Virus record (IMG/VR): IMGVR_UViG_3300014203_000013 | DNA: 64,000 bases | Origin: an uncultured virus (IMG/VR IMGVR_UViG_3300014203_000013) | Taxonomy: Duplodnaviria > Heunggongvirae > Uroviricota > Caudoviricetes | Reading direction: 5' to 3' (one strand) | Part shown: positions 36,522 to 46,814 of the stretch, one piece after another | Position numbering within the stretch: the first letter of the stretch is position 1 | Layout of the letters: each line of letters opens with the position of its first letter | Program-made: the position numbers and the translations under genes | Notes under the pieces: model-generated | What the model was told of the DNA's origin: nothing | Databases searched by the model: none | Seen by the model: only the letters and a program-made list of their open reading frames with translations

Positions 36522-39380
36522 TTATGCCCTTCTTGACGTTTCTGCGGATTCGGAAATTTCTTTATATGTTTTATGGAAGATTTCTTTGTCGCAGATGTAG
36601 TTTTCTCCTTCTATTCCGTGGATGAGAAAATCACCGGGTTTACCTTGGGCATAATCACCTTCAAGGCTCTTAACCCGAAAAGGTTCATCTACTTTCATTC
36701 CTTCAACAATAACAGGAAGTTTCTGGATCGGCTTAAGTCCGTCTGGGGATTCATAGGTATTGAAGACGATATCAGAAATACGCATAAAACGTTCCTGTAT
36801 GCTTGATTTTTTCGTTTCGGGAGAAAGAACCGCGATTCCATTAACAAGTTTGACGAAGTCTTCCGGATTGATTTCGTTCATGGATGTTTTAAGACCGTCA
36901 CTTCTTTCAGGGTCTGATGTTGACAGGTGATTTAAAAAGTCCGACTTAAGTTCTGTCGCTGATTTTTTCCCGAGCCAGTTTTTAAGACCTTCAGAATATA
37001 TTTCATTCTTTTCTTCATCAGAAGCTTTATGTAAAAGGTATCTTTTATATCCAAGTATATATTTAAGCCTATCATCCCCTTCTTTTATATTGTAATGGTT
37101 AAGGACTTCCCTGACTTTTGAAGCATCAGGATTTAATGATTTGCTAAGTCTTTTACCGGAATTCATATCCGTATCTTTTTCGAATTCAGAATCATAATCT
37201 TCCACACTGTCAACTCTGAATTTATCACCGACATAAGGATTTTTTCTCGCCCAGGCTTTTGCTTCTTCTTTCGTGTCGAATTCAAGACCGTGAGTCCCGT
37301 TTGCCGTCTTTGAAACAATCATGGGTTTGCCTGATTGTTCCGTATATCTCCAACCGGTGTTTCTGCTAGAAATGTCTGAAATTTCTTCTGAATCTACATC
37401 CTCTGCTATTTTCTTGTAATTCGGCATCGCTTCGAAGTTAAACGCCTTAGTCGTCTTCGGTGGAGCGGGAGCCTGATATTCCTTTATGGAATCTTCTACT
37501 TTTTTGAAAAGATCTGTTACTTCTGGCGGTGTTTTATCGTTGATTTCTCCTTTAAGGAGGCCGAGCGCTATTCTCCCTATAGCTTTTTTATATTGTGGAT
37601 AAAGTCTTACATTCCTTGAAGAAGAAATGTCTTCTAACATCCCCTGTAATGTTTTCTTAATGTCGTTGAAAACCGTCAAATCTTTCTGTACCGCCTTGTC
37701 TCCTATGGATTTCACGTTGTCTTCGATTTCTTCACCGTTAAAAGACGGAGTCGGTTCCGTCTTTTTTTCAGAAACCGTTTCTGGTTCTGTCTTTCGTTCG
37801 TCCAATATCGAATAATCAGGTTCTTCTTCTGTTTTAGGTAACTTTTCGCGAATATCTTTGAAAGGGTCTTCAATATTGATTGAAGGAAGTTCTTCCTTCG
37901 GAAGTTTATCTTTTTTATTCGCGAAGTAAAGTTCTGCAATTAATTCCTTCGGATGTTGTTTTGACATGCCATCAAGTTTCATCTTTCCGACTTCACTCAA
38001 CGGGTTATGAGGCACAAGATTGAAATTTCCTCCCTTTTCAACAATAAGATCAACACCGTTATACCGTGCCGCCGCCATATACTTAGGCAAATCATTTAGC
38101 GGTAATTTAAATCCTGAACCGTCTTTCGGAATAACCTTTTTCAAGCGGGTTGAATAGTCAAAAAGGTTTTCTTCATCCATTCCGAATTGTTTTTTATGGA
38201 TAGATGAAGACGCCTGTATTCCGTTTTCGGCGAAAGTTTCTTTAATGATGTCATTTACCGCCAAGGCATGTTTCGGATTGTCCGTCGTTACCGTTAACAT
38301 CCCCTTGTTCATCGCGATATCTTCCGCGTTCTTCCCGGTTTCCACGATTCCCTTAAACCCAAGTCCTACCAGTTTCTTCATTAAGCTGTTCATCGACTTG
38401 ACCATTTTATCAGAACTTGCTTCAGAAATAGGGATTGAAATGTCAGAAACAACGGAATCGGGGTTTTTTACATATCCGTCAATGATAAAAGAATTGCGGT
38501 TTTTGTTAGGATGATACTTGACAATATCCTTTATGCTCCAATTCAGTCTGGAAAAATTTTCTCCGTAGAGTTTATTGTCATACGCAAGCCTGTCAGCTTT
38601 TTCTTGCTCGCTTTGTGGTAGGTCTTTGAAGACTAAAGCCCGCATCGAAGGTTTACGACGAAAGGCTGAAATATAATCTTTTTCATTTGAAAGAGCTAAT
38701 GTATCAGAAAATTCAGTATCAGATTGTTTGGAAATGTCTTTTTTAGAAGATTTCGGGAGCATACCTTGAACAGTATTCGGCCTGATGTTCTTCTGAATAA
38801 TTGATCTTGTGTTTATATCAGAAACAACTTCTTCTAAAGCTCTATTTGCATGGTTATACAAATCATTAACAATTTTGGTCTGGTTTTCTTTTAAAGTCTT
38901 ATCCTGTACGGGTATAGATTCTATCTGTTTTGCCCTAACTGTAATAAACAGGGCCTGAAGGAATTTGATTTTTGATTCATGGCTTAGTTCGGGGAGTGTA
39001 GCCGGTAAACCTTTCGCCGCCTTTTCGATATAATCACGCAACAAGAGTTGCGTTTCTTCATCGATCTTTTTCTTTTCTCCATCATCTATTTTACCGTAAT
39101 ATTCTTCGACTGTTTTGGCCGCTTCTTTCGTCTTGTCTTCAACTTCTGTGCGAACATTTTCCTTTACATTATCACGTTTCGGTTTTGGAGATTCTTTTTG
39201 CTTTTGCGGTTTCTTGGTTTTAGACCATCCCTTATCTGTTTGCTTCCAGTTTGATCCTTCCGGTCGTTTTTTGTGTTCGGGGTCCCAGACGTAATCTAGT
39301 TCCTCTGTTTTCTTCATCTCGTTTGTAGAAGAAGGAATCTTCGGCACATTTTTATCTAAAGCATATCTTGGAACGTTCAT
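36522..39380 (-). CDS. Large K/E-rich multidomain protein, possible internal virion protein; C-terminal PGDYG-like domain
   Basis: YVWDPEHKKRP...KGWSK N-terminal motif; GKPGDFLIHGIEGENYICDKEIFHKTY at C-terminus. Confidence 0.65.
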   Translation of the reverse strand: MNVPRYALDKNVPKIPSSTNEMKKTEELDYVWDPEHKKRPEGSNWKQTDKGWSKTKKPQKQKESPKPKRDNVKENVRTEVEDKTKEAAKTVEEYYGKIDDGEKKKIDEETQLLLRDYIEKAAKGLPATLPELSHESKIKFLQALFITVRAKQIESIPVQDKTLKENQTKIVNDLYNHANRALEEVVSDINTRSIIQKNIRPNTVQGMLPKSSKKDISKQSDTEFSDTLALSNEKDYISAFRRKPSMRALVFKDLPQSEQEKADRLAYDNKLYGENFSRLNWSIKDIVKYHPNKNRNSFIIDGYVKNPDSVVSDISIPISEASSDKMVKSMNSLMKKLVGLGFKGIVETGKNAEDIAMNKGMLTVTTDNPKHALAVNDIIKETFAENGIQASSSIHKKQFGMDEENLFDYSTRLKKVIPKDGSGFKLPLNDLPKYMAAARYNGVDLIVEKGGNFNLVPHNPLSEVGKMKLDGMSKQHPKELIAELYFANKKDKLPKEELPSINIEDPFKDIREKLPKTEEEPDYSILDERKTEPETVSEKKTEPTPSFNGEEIEDNVKSIGDKAVQKDLTVFNDIKKTLQGMLEDISSSRNVRLYPQYKKAIGRIALGLLKGEINDKTPPEVTDLFKKVEDSIKEYQAPAPPKTTKAFNFEAMPNYKKIAEDVDSEEISDISSRNTGWRYTEQSGKPMIVSKTANGTHGLEFDTKEEAKAWARKNPYVGDKFRVDSVEDYDSEFEKDTDMNSGKRLSKSLNPDASKVREVLNHYNIKEGDDRLKYILGYKRYLLHKASDEEKNEIYSEGLKNWLGKKSATELKSDFLNHLSTSDPERSDGLKTSMNEINPEDFVKLVNGIAVLSPETKKSSIQERFMRISDIVFNTYESPDGLKPIQKLPVIVEGMKVDEPFRVKSLEGDYAQGKPGDFLIHGIEGENYICDKEIFHKTYKEISESAETSRRA

Positions 39381-39406
39381 ATTTATTGGCTTGAATATCA
39401 AAAAAA

Positions 39407-40540
39407 TCAAATAAAGGATTCTTTTTTCATTTCAACGATTGAATTTTCTATCATGTGCGGTAAAGATGTAAAATTACACGTCTTATTAAACTTAGACCAA
39501 GATATTCTGATGCTGTTACATGCATTTTCCGTTGTTTTCCCTTTCATTCCCGCAATGACGTGACTTTCCTTCCCTTCCATACATGCGCTTCCCCTACTAA
39601 TGATTATCCCGTGTTGTTTCTCCATATGCGCGATTACGTCTGAAGCAGGGATATCCGTTAGAGAAAAGTTAAAGAATAACGCCTGACAAGATGAATCTGT
39701 ATTCATAACCACATTTCCATACATTTTTAAGTCATCGATCATATTATCGCGTATATTCTTTATTTTTTCACAGAACCCATAGCTTTCCTTGAAATAATCT
39801 GTAGACATACCCATCCCGACAACAAGCGGAGTAGGGAGAGTCCCTGCTCTTCTTCCCTTTTGATGACCCCCACCCAAAAGCAAAGGGGAAATTTCTGGTG
39901 ATCCTGATTTTATTATCAAAGATCCTATTCCTTTTGGAGCGTGAACCTTATGTCCGGAAATGGTGACGTAATCAGCGTCGAGAAGATTCTTTTCTTTTCC
40001 CCAATATTGGCTCGCGTCGGTATGGAGGAACGCCCCGTATTGTTTGCAGAGTTTATAAATTGCAGATATCGGCTGTATTGCCCCTGTTTCATTGTTTACC
40101 GCATGAACGCTTACCAATCTGATTTGTTCTGTCTTTAGGGAATCTTCTAAAGCAACAATATCTATCTGTCCGTTTTCTAAAACAGGAATAATAACATTTC
40201 CCGGTATTTTCGCCGCTGGCTTCAAAATAGATTGATGTTCTGTGGCAGACACGGCAATCGTTTTTTCATTATAAGGGAAACCCAGGATAATCGTGTTGTT
40301 AGCTTCTGTACCCCCGCTAGTAAAAACGACTTCTTCCGGAAGACATTGTAGAGAAGAAGTGCCGGCTATTTTTTCTGCGGATTGATTGATTAAAGAACGG
40401 AGCTTCCGAGATTTACCGTTTGATGAATCTACGTTCGTAAACTGATCCGTAAAAAAAGGAATGATTTTCTTCAGTATCCGTTCGTCGCAAGGAGTTGTTG
40501 CCGCCGCGTCAAAGTTTTCGATATTACCTAAATATGACAT
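39407..40540 (-). CDS. iscS: Cysteine desulfurase (IscS/NifS family)
   Basis: DAAATTP, FTSGGTEANN, VNNETG, HTDASQ, SGHK (PLP Lys), GSAC. Confidence 0.9.
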   Translation of the reverse strand: MSYLGNIENFDAAATTPCDERILKKIIPFFTDQFTNVDSSNGKSRKLRSLINQSAEKIAGTSSLQCLPEEVVFTSGGTEANNTIILGFPYNEKTIAVSATEHQSILKPAAKIPGNVIIPVLENGQIDIVALEDSLKTEQIRLVSVHAVNNETGAIQPISAIYKLCKQYGAFLHTDASQYWGKEKNLLDADYVTISGHKVHAPKGIGSLIIKSGSPEISPLLLGGGHQKGRRAGTLPTPLVVGMGMSTDYFKESYGFCEKIKNIRDNMIDDLKMYGNVVMNTDSSCQALFFNFSLTDIPASDVIAHMEKQHGIIISRGSACMEGKESHVIAGMKGKTTENACNSIRISWSKFNKTCNFTSLPHMIENSIVEMKKESFI

Positions 40541-40566
40541 GTGTACCTCTTAGATGTGAATACTAT

Positions 40567-40599
40567 AAAAAAAAGAAGACCTGAAAGTCTTCTTTTTTT
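40567..40599. terminator. Bidirectional intrinsic terminator
   Basis: A-tract-GAAGAC-CTGAAA-GTCTTC-T-tract. Confidence 0.75.
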
Positions 40600-40603
40600 G
40601 TTC

Positions 40604-40888
40604 TTAGAGAGATAAGAGGAATGGCAAGATTCTTTCTGTTCCGGCCACAAAAGTTAAAGGGGGAATAACGGTTGATGCTGCCATTTTCCCCTTATAAGCA
40701 TCAGGGCCTGAATGAACGATAAACGTCGCTTCTTGCTTTTTTTCATCATAATCTATCCATTTGACAACCATTTTGCCTTGAGGGCAGATGAATGGAGAGA
40801 ACTTTCCAATCAACAGGACAGAATCCTTATCCCAAGACACGTCCTTAAAAAGATGTTCCGGAATATCCGGTAGGTCTTCTTTATTCAT
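40604..40888 (-). CDS. Hypothetical protein
   Basis: ORF in operon. Confidence 0.6.
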   Translation of the reverse strand: MNKEDLPDIPEHLFKDVSWDKDSVLLIGKFSPFICPQGKMVVKWIDYDEKKQEATFIVHSGPDAYKGKMAASTVIPPLTFVAGTERILPFLLSL

Positions 40889-40896
40889 AAATACAT

Positions 40897-41187
40897 CTAT
40901 AAAGTAGATAATTCATGCAAAGTCTGAACGGAAGCAAGAGTTGTTTTTGCGATGATTTCAATCGGCAGAATTTCATTGATTCTTACCATTCCTGATTTTT
41001 TCCCGTTGGAAGAAATGTATTTAAGACCAAAGCTAATTATTTCATTTTGTTCCCGCATCGAAACAAACTGAACTCGTGAAAACCTACCTTTATCATCTGT
41101 GATTTCTGTCCACAAATTACGAATCATGTTAAATTTCTGACGGTCATTCTTCCCGGTGAACTTCACTTGAAACCTATTTCTGTCCAT
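40897..41187 (-). CDS. Hypothetical protein
   Basis: AAGGA RBS. Confidence 0.6.
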   Translation of the reverse strand: MDRNRFQVKFTGKNDRQKFNMIRNLWTEITDDKGRFSRVQFVSMREQNEIISFGLKYISSNGKKSGMVRINEILPIEIIAKTTLASVQTLHELSTL

Positions 41188-41271
41188 TTTTTTATTCCTT
41201 CCTTTTCATCATTAAGAAACAGTCATTGTTTCCGTTGTGTTAAGACACATCATCAAATAGATATCTTCTAC

Positions 41272-41715
41272 TTATTTTTTATCGGAAGAGGTCTGTCTTC
41301 CTTTTTTTGAACTGTGCTGTCCTGATGGAACGCGTGGTTCTGATGATTTGAGGCCGAGCTTTTCTATGATGATTGAATTGACATACTGTGTCGCCATGAC
41401 ATCAACCGAACCATCTGGGAAGATGAGATGATATCCTTTTAGCCTTTCAAAAATATTGTCCGCAAGCTGTGGTTTTAAACCACTTATAACCGCCCAGCGG
41501 TCCATAGGGAATTCGATATTTTCCCACAGACGTTCCCAAAGTTCTTGATCTGAAAGACCGTCGAATTGCAACCCGCTTGACTTGAATCGGATAGGTATTG
41601 CTTTCCATGCAAGCAAAGCTTCGATAAGTACTTGATTGTTGAACAAGGCGATAATCTTGTCAGTCTGTTTCATCGATTTGAAATAAGCGAGTGCTTCACC
41701 GTAATCCATTTCCAT
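41272..41715 (-). CDS. Hypothetical protein
   Basis: AGGGG RBS; LIFPDGSV. Confidence 0.65.
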   Translation of the reverse strand: MEMDYGEALAYFKSMKQTDKIIALFNNQVLIEALLAWKAIPIRFKSSGLQFDGLSDQELWERLWENIEFPMDRWAVISGLKPQLADNIFERLKGYHLIFPDGSVDVMATQYVNSIIIEKLGLKSSEPRVPSGQHSSKKGRQTSSDKK

Positions 41716-41722
41716 TTCCCCT

Positions 41723-42622
41723 TTATAATTTCATTGCTTTATTAAAATTGTTGGCTTCTTCTGTGTTTAGAGTAACCATTTCTCCACTATATTCGTCCGA
41801 TGCAAGAATCCCGTGTTTGATTTCAAGACTGTGATCCAATGCGGGATGCATCCAGTCTCCTATCGCTTCCATCATATGTTCTACATTATCAATTTTCCAA
41901 TAAGGACGTTTGACAAACTGATACCGATCATATCTTTTTAACGGTAGAGAAGATGCCATTTCGTCGAAAAGCTTATCCGCGCCTCCCTCAAACAAAGAAC
42001 GGACCATCCAGTTTCCCCAGTATAGAAGACTTTCCCCGTTTTCTAAACAACTACGGGAGAAAGTCCCTGTTCCTATACTACACAGTTCTATTCCGTCTAG
42101 GCCAATACCGAATTCACGCATCGCCCAAGTAACTGCGACCATACTCGGATTGTTCGTAAAAATTCCACCGTCTCCGTATCCCTGCCAAGGCTTAAAATAG
42201 GTTTGTGCCGCACAGCTAGCTCTTACACAATCATTGATGAGCATAGTTCCGTCTTCTATGCTTAGACTCGAAAAGACCTTTGGCGAATGACCATTAATAG
42301 ATGATGCCGTGATATAGATAGGAATCTGCGCATCTTTAAGTCTTTCTCCCTTGAAGATTTCAGATAGTATCTTATTAAGATATGCATCACTATATTTCGA
42401 TGTCCATAATGGGTTTCGGAATACTGAAGGTTTGAAGATTTCCGGCATGTGTTCTCTGAAAAAATTAACATCTATTTTTTTTCCTGTCGCAATAAATGCC
42501 GCAATTGCTGATCCGATACTTGTCCCGCATACCAAGTCCCAATTGGAATTATCGATCTGTGAAAGAATGAGTGCCTGTCCGACACCGAAAACCCCGCCAC
42601 CGTCTAAAGACAATATTTTCAT
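41723..42622 (-). CDS. Patatin-like phospholipase
   Basis: LSLDGGG, GTSIG, DGG. Confidence 0.88.
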   Translation of the reverse strand: MKILSLDGGGVFGVGQALILSQIDNSNWDLVCGTSIGSAIAAFIATGKKIDVNFFREHMPEIFKPSVFRNPLWTSKYSDAYLNKILSEIFKGERLKDAQIPIYITASSINGHSPKVFSSLSIEDGTMLINDCVRASCAAQTYFKPWQGYGDGGIFTNNPSMVAVTWAMREFGIGLDGIELCSIGTGTFSRSCLENGESLLYWGNWMVRSLFEGGADKLFDEMASSLPLKRYDRYQFVKRPYWKIDNVEHMMEAIGDWMHPALDHSLEIKHGILASDEYSGEMVTLNTEEANNFNKAMKL

Positions 42623-42691
42623 ATCTGACAAATCCTTTGTTACATATCTATAAAAGACTTATCAATTTTGATTATAAAGATATCAAAATTT

Positions 42692-43681
42692 TCAGACAAC
42701 CTGCTTTAGAGCATCATCATAAATCTTAATTATATCTTTCGCCGTTTTCGCTTTCTTGATGACAAATTTATCTTTGTCTTTCTTCTTGTTCAATTCGTCT
42801 TCATTTCCGAGAATAGTCAACACTTTTTCTTCTGCGCCACTAGTTTCATGATTGATATCACGTCCGCATTTCAGCGTCATGATTTTTTTGCCACCTTGAA
42901 GTACGGTGATTTTCATTCCTGTGTTTCCTTTATAAAGCCAGAAATTATATTTGTTTTCAACTTCCTTTCCCCCAATCTTCTTGCTGTGGCCGATAGATTC
43001 TTTCACTTCATCATATATTGATTTCGCCATCTTTTGAATTTCGTTTTTCTGTTCTTTTTCAAGATTCTTTAAATTCTTGAAGTATTCGTCAGTCTTATCG
43101 TCTTTGTTCTGTGAATACAAATCAAACAGGCTTTTCCTGAATTCGAATTGAAGATCGCTCACATCCTGAAAATCGGATGCCTGTCGCGATGAAGCAAATC
43201 GGCTGATGAATTTCTGATTTTCTGTTTCCGAATTTGAAAGCCACCTTGTCCACAACAGGGTTGCAAATTTCCCCGAATAAGTGTTGTCAAAAGTGACTTC
43301 TTCTCTTTCAAAATTATTGGAAAGTTCGAATTTTTCTATAAGAATGAAACACTTGTGTGGATTTACTCTCTTAGACGAAAACATGATACCTATGTCAGGA
43401 TAATACCATGAAATAATGATACATGGATATTCTCTTACAAAATTTTGTTTCGTCAGAATCGGACTTTGAGACACGTTTGGATCTTCCTTAATGTTTAGTC
43501 CCAAAGAATTTGTTTTTCCGACTTTTAGACTTCTGATATAGTCTATGTGAGAAGATACCTGAATTGTCTTGCCTGTTTCTGCGTTGATAAAGAAGTGCTT
43601 AAAGCCCGCTACCTTCTTGTTGTCAGAAGATAAAAGGATTTTTGCCAAATTTTTAATTGAGGAGATTCTTATCGTCATCAC
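42692..43681 (-). CDS. Hypothetical protein, possible virion component
   Basis: 329-aa ORF coupled to upstream gene. Confidence 0.65.
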   Translation of the reverse strand: MMTIRISSIKNLAKILLSSDNKKVAGFKHFFINAETGKTIQVSSHIDYIRSLKVGKTNSLGLNIKEDPNVSQSPILTKQNFVREYPCIIISWYYPDIGIMFSSKRVNPHKCFILIEKFELSNNFEREEVTFDNTYSGKFATLLWTRWLSNSETENQKFISRFASSRQASDFQDVSDLQFEFRKSLFDLYSQNKDDKTDEYFKNLKNLEKEQKNEIQKMAKSIYDEVKESIGHSKKIGGKEVENKYNFWLYKGNTGMKITVLQGGKKIMTLKCGRDINHETSGAEEKVLTILGNEDELNKKKDKDKFVIKKAKTAKDIIKIYDDALKQVV

Positions 43682-44331
43682 GTTTTCTCTTTTAGAAGCC
43701 CATCTATCGGTTCGTGTTTGAAATAAAGGTCCATGCCTCTTCTTTGCAAGAAACCATTTCCCTGTAAGAAAGGCCGGTGATTCCGAGACCAGTTCTTTGA
43801 TCCCTCAACAGGGATTTTAAAAGAAAACGTTCCGGTTTTTTGAGGAAAGGTTTTCAAAAATGCACGCTCCTTATCTGTGTTACCAAGTTCTCTAAATTCC
43901 TTTATTTCTGATAAGGTTTTAACGATTTCGTTCCATTCCATAGAGATTTTCCCTATCTTGCAATTCGCCATATAAAAACCCCGATCATCTTCTTGAATCA
44001 TCGCCTTCCAGTTCTTTAAGAATCCTTTATCCATGAAAGCGGATGCAATCTTATCACTAGAAATGAATTTTGAAGCCTTCAGGACATCTTCTTCTGACTT
44101 AGAAATTATTGTACTTGCGATTCTCGAAGGCGTGGTTTTGGACAAGTTTTTTTCAATGGCTTCATAAAGCTTTCCGTAGTTCTGAATGCTATATTCTTTC
44201 AGCCCCCATTTGGAAAAATCCTGCTTCCCGAATCTCTTTTCAAATTCGTTTTTAAGGGACTGGTATGCAGTTTCATCCCCATAAGGCGGAAAGCGATCTG
44301 AAAAATCATCCAACATGTTGTTTTCTGACAT
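43678..44331 (-). CDS. Hypothetical protein
   Basis: ATG MSENN after CAGGAG RBS. Confidence 0.6.
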   Translation of the reverse strand: MSENNMLDDFSDRFPPYGDETAYQSLKNEFEKRFGKQDFSKWGLKEYSIQNYGKLYEAIEKNLSKTTPSRIASTIISKSEEDVLKASKFISSDKIASAFMDKGFLKNWKAMIQEDDRGFYMANCKIGKISMEWNEIVKTLSEIKEFRELGNTDKERAFLKTFPQKTGTFSFKIPVEGSKNWSRNHRPFLQGNGFLQRRGMDLYFKHEPIDGLLKEKT

Positions 44332-45013
44332 AAAATACTCCTGGTGTGGTTTTGGCAAAGACAGTCATTAATGCGTGTTGATGATTGGCATTCGCGTCTT
44401 CTATCGTGAGTCTACCTTCAAATATTAGACCTTCATATTTCTTTCTTATTTCTGAATTTATCTTGAGCAGCTTTTCCTCAGTCTGTTCGGCGCTAAGATT
44501 ATAGGAATCAAGGAAACAAAATTCATAATCATACTTTTTGCTAACGACTCTCATTCCTCTTCCTTCAAACTTTTTCAACACGACAATATCTTGTCTTGAA
44601 AAAGAACTTGACCTTGGATGGTTGTGTGTTAGCCAATGACCTTTAATCTTGTCTTTATAGTCTTCGGATATAGGTACAGAATCTTCATTTCCAGTCAAAT
44701 CAAAAATTTTGTTTCCGTCGTTGTCATAGCACACAAGAGTTTCGAAATCTTTATACCTTATCAAGTCTTCTTTTACGGAAATAACCGGGGTTAATTTGGG
44801 TGGTATCCTTGTAGAAACATGTTCTTTAGGAGTTTGATTCGTAGTGTAAATCGGGTCTCCTGATTCTTCGTTCGGGTCTCTGTATCTGTATTCATAACCG
44901 CCATCATTAAGTTTCCTTCTCCAACTTTGCCGTTTCTCTGTCGGACTTTCCCAGCCTTCAGCAGCAATTAGGATTCGATAAACGGAAACGATACTATTTC
45001 GTAACTTATTCAA
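44306..45013 (-). CDS. Protein with JAB/MPN-like THNHP..SFS..D domain
   Basis: E...LTHNHPRSSSFSRQD. Confidence 0.65.
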   Translation of the reverse strand: MNKLRNSIVSVYRILIAAEGWESPTEKRQSWRRKLNDGGYEYRYRDPNEESGDPIYTTNQTPKEHVSTRIPPKLTPVISVKEDLIRYKDFETLVCYDNDGNKIFDLTGNEDSVPISEDYKDKIKGHWLTHNHPRSSSFSRQDIVVLKKFEGRGMRVVSKKYDYEFCFLDSYNLSAEQTEEKLLKINSEIRKKYEGLIFEGRLTIEDANANHQHALMTVFAKTTPGVFYVRKQHVG

Positions 45014-45588
45014 TTACCTTCTCTCTCTGTTCTTTTTTCAAGACATGGGACGTTTTCTATTGAAATATTCTTCATTCCGACAGTCCATTTATACCCACAA
45101 CATGGGCATACGCTGTCAAAATCGGGATTTGGAAGAGATAAATCTGCGGGAGGAATAATAGGAACTTTCGGAACAAGCTTTTCAACCTCTTTTTTAAGAA
45201 CATCCATGTTCAGGCTTTGAAACATATCTTTATCTTTAATCTCAAGTTCATTGAGAAGATCTATTGTTCCTGCGGTAAAATCGCCTTGTATTTCAGGGTT
45301 GTTCATAGTTAAATTAGCGGCAAGTTCTTCTTCTTCATCCATATCCACGACAAGCATATCTATGGCGTCTGCTCCCATTTCTTTCATCGAATAAAAGCGC
45401 TGATGCCCGCCAATCAGATGTTTCGTGCGTCTGTTGTAAATCGGCAATTCTACCAATCCGAATCTTCTGATGCTGCGTTTCAATCCTTCCATGTTTTTCC
45501 CTTCTATAAACCTTTCGTTATTAGGCATCGGGATTACTTCATCAACGCATATAGATTCGACATTCCATTCTTTGATTTCTTTGTCCAT
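45010..45588 (-). CDS. ParB/Srx N-terminal domain protein
   Basis: NERFI...SIRRFGLVE...IGGHQR; C-terminal CPCCG. Confidence 0.82.
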   Translation of the reverse strand: MDKEIKEWNVESICVDEVIPMPNNERFIEGKNMEGLKRSIRRFGLVELPIYNRRTKHLIGGHQRFYSMKEMGADAIDMLVVDMDEEEELAANLTMNNPEIQGDFTAGTIDLLNELEIKDKDMFQSLNMDVLKKEVEKLVPKVPIIPPADLSLPNPDFDSVCPCCGYKWTVGMKNISIENVPCLEKRTEREGN

Positions 45589-45599
45589 TTCTGTTTTCC

Positions 45600-45980
45600 T
45601 TATATAGCTCTTTTGTCTTGAAGAATTTTGGCTATTTCCGCGATTTTCGTTTTGATACCGCTTAGTCTGTCATAGAGTTCTGAAAGGTCTAAAATAACAC
45701 CCTGAAGTCGTGAATTCGTTTCTGATAATTCCTGTCCTGTTCTCATATCAAGAATCTTGATAACCTTAGAAATATCGGCAAGGATTGAATACTTATTTGA
45801 CGGATATGAAGGTAGATTCTGACTGACCCTTTTAAGAATTATCGCTTCTTTCCCTTCAACGACACCAGATTGCAAGCATTTTAAAATAACCGTCTTAAAT
45901 ACGGAAACATCTTGATTCGCTTGCCTGCGGAATCCTGAAATTTTACTATCATATTCTTTCTCAAAAACTGCGTTATTCAT
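45600..45980 (-). CDS. Hypothetical protein
   Basis: GAGGAG RBS. Confidence 0.65.
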   Translation of the reverse strand: MNNAVFEKEYDSKISGFRRQANQDVSVFKTVILKCLQSGVVEGKEAIILKRVSQNLPSYPSNKYSILADISKVIKILDMRTGQELSETNSRLQGVILDLSELYDRLSGIKTKIAEIAKILQDKRAI

Positions 45981-46098
45981 ATCCGTGCTCCTCTAAAATT
46001 TTAAATACAAACCTATACTCCACAAATCACGTTCTTCTAGATAAGCAATATATCCGAAATTTAATATATCAGACATATTGATTGACCCAAAGATGACA

Positions 46099-46716
46099 CT
46101 AATTATCAATAGAATCTTTATCCTCTGCATCTTTATTCTCTTCGGTAACAGAAGAAGTGTCAAGTATAACCTTCTTGGAATTCATTTCCCATTTACTTCC
46201 GCAATTGGGGCAATTGATAATCGGTTCTGTCAATTCCACCTGTAAATCTATGGGATCTGCTTCTTGGTATACATCTCCGTCTTTCTTCGGCTTCTTTTCC
46301 TTTTTTTTACTTTTCTTTTCAAGGATTGAAAGTAATCCGTCGAGTTTAATTTCCTGAAACGCCTGTCCGATTCTCGCTTCAGTCATACGTAATGCGGCAA
46401 TTGCTCCTTGCGTAAAATCGCCTTGTATCTCGGGGCTGTTCAAAGCGATGTTTAAAGTTACTTCTTCTGTATCGTCCAAATCCACGACAATCACGTCTGT
46501 CTCGTCGATTCCTCTTTCCCGTAATTGCTTGTAGCGCTGATGCCCGCCGACAATATTCCCCGTTCTACGGTTCCAAACGATATTCGCAAGGATTCCGAAC
46601 CTTTCTAGGCTTTTCCCCAATCCAGAAAACGCATCTTCTGAAATCGTACGAGGATTGTACATCGCCGGTTTTAAATCCTTTAGCTTCATTCTTTCTACAT
46701 TAACGCAAAAATCCAT
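46099..46716 (-). CDS. ParB/Srx N-terminal domain protein (paralog of 45010..45588)
   Basis: YNPRTI...SLERFG...VGGHQR; PEIQGDFT shared; CPNCG. Confidence 0.85.
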   Translation of the reverse strand: MDFCVNVERMKLKDLKPAMYNPRTISEDAFSGLGKSLERFGILANIVWNRRTGNIVGGHQRYKQLRERGIDETDVIVVDLDDTEEVTLNIALNSPEIQGDFTQGAIAALRMTEARIGQAFQEIKLDGLLSILEKKSKKKEKKPKKDGDVYQEADPIDLQVELTEPIINCPNCGSKWEMNSKKVILDTSSVTEENKDAEDKDSIDN

Positions 46717-46814
46717 AACATCGAACTCCTTTCTTTTCGTGAAGATATCAAAAACTGTTTCATGTTTATAATAGATAACTCGCTAATTATCTATATTAGG
46801 AACGGGAGGATAAT

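Noticed and set aside
39407..40540. Dnd/Ssp phosphorothioation system
   Set aside because: The cysteine desulfurase has no DndC/SspD (PAPS reductase-like) or DndD partner nearby.
41723..42622. CBASS system (CapV-like patatin plus JAB domain)
   Set aside because: No CD-NTase or E1/E2 gene is recognisable in the window.
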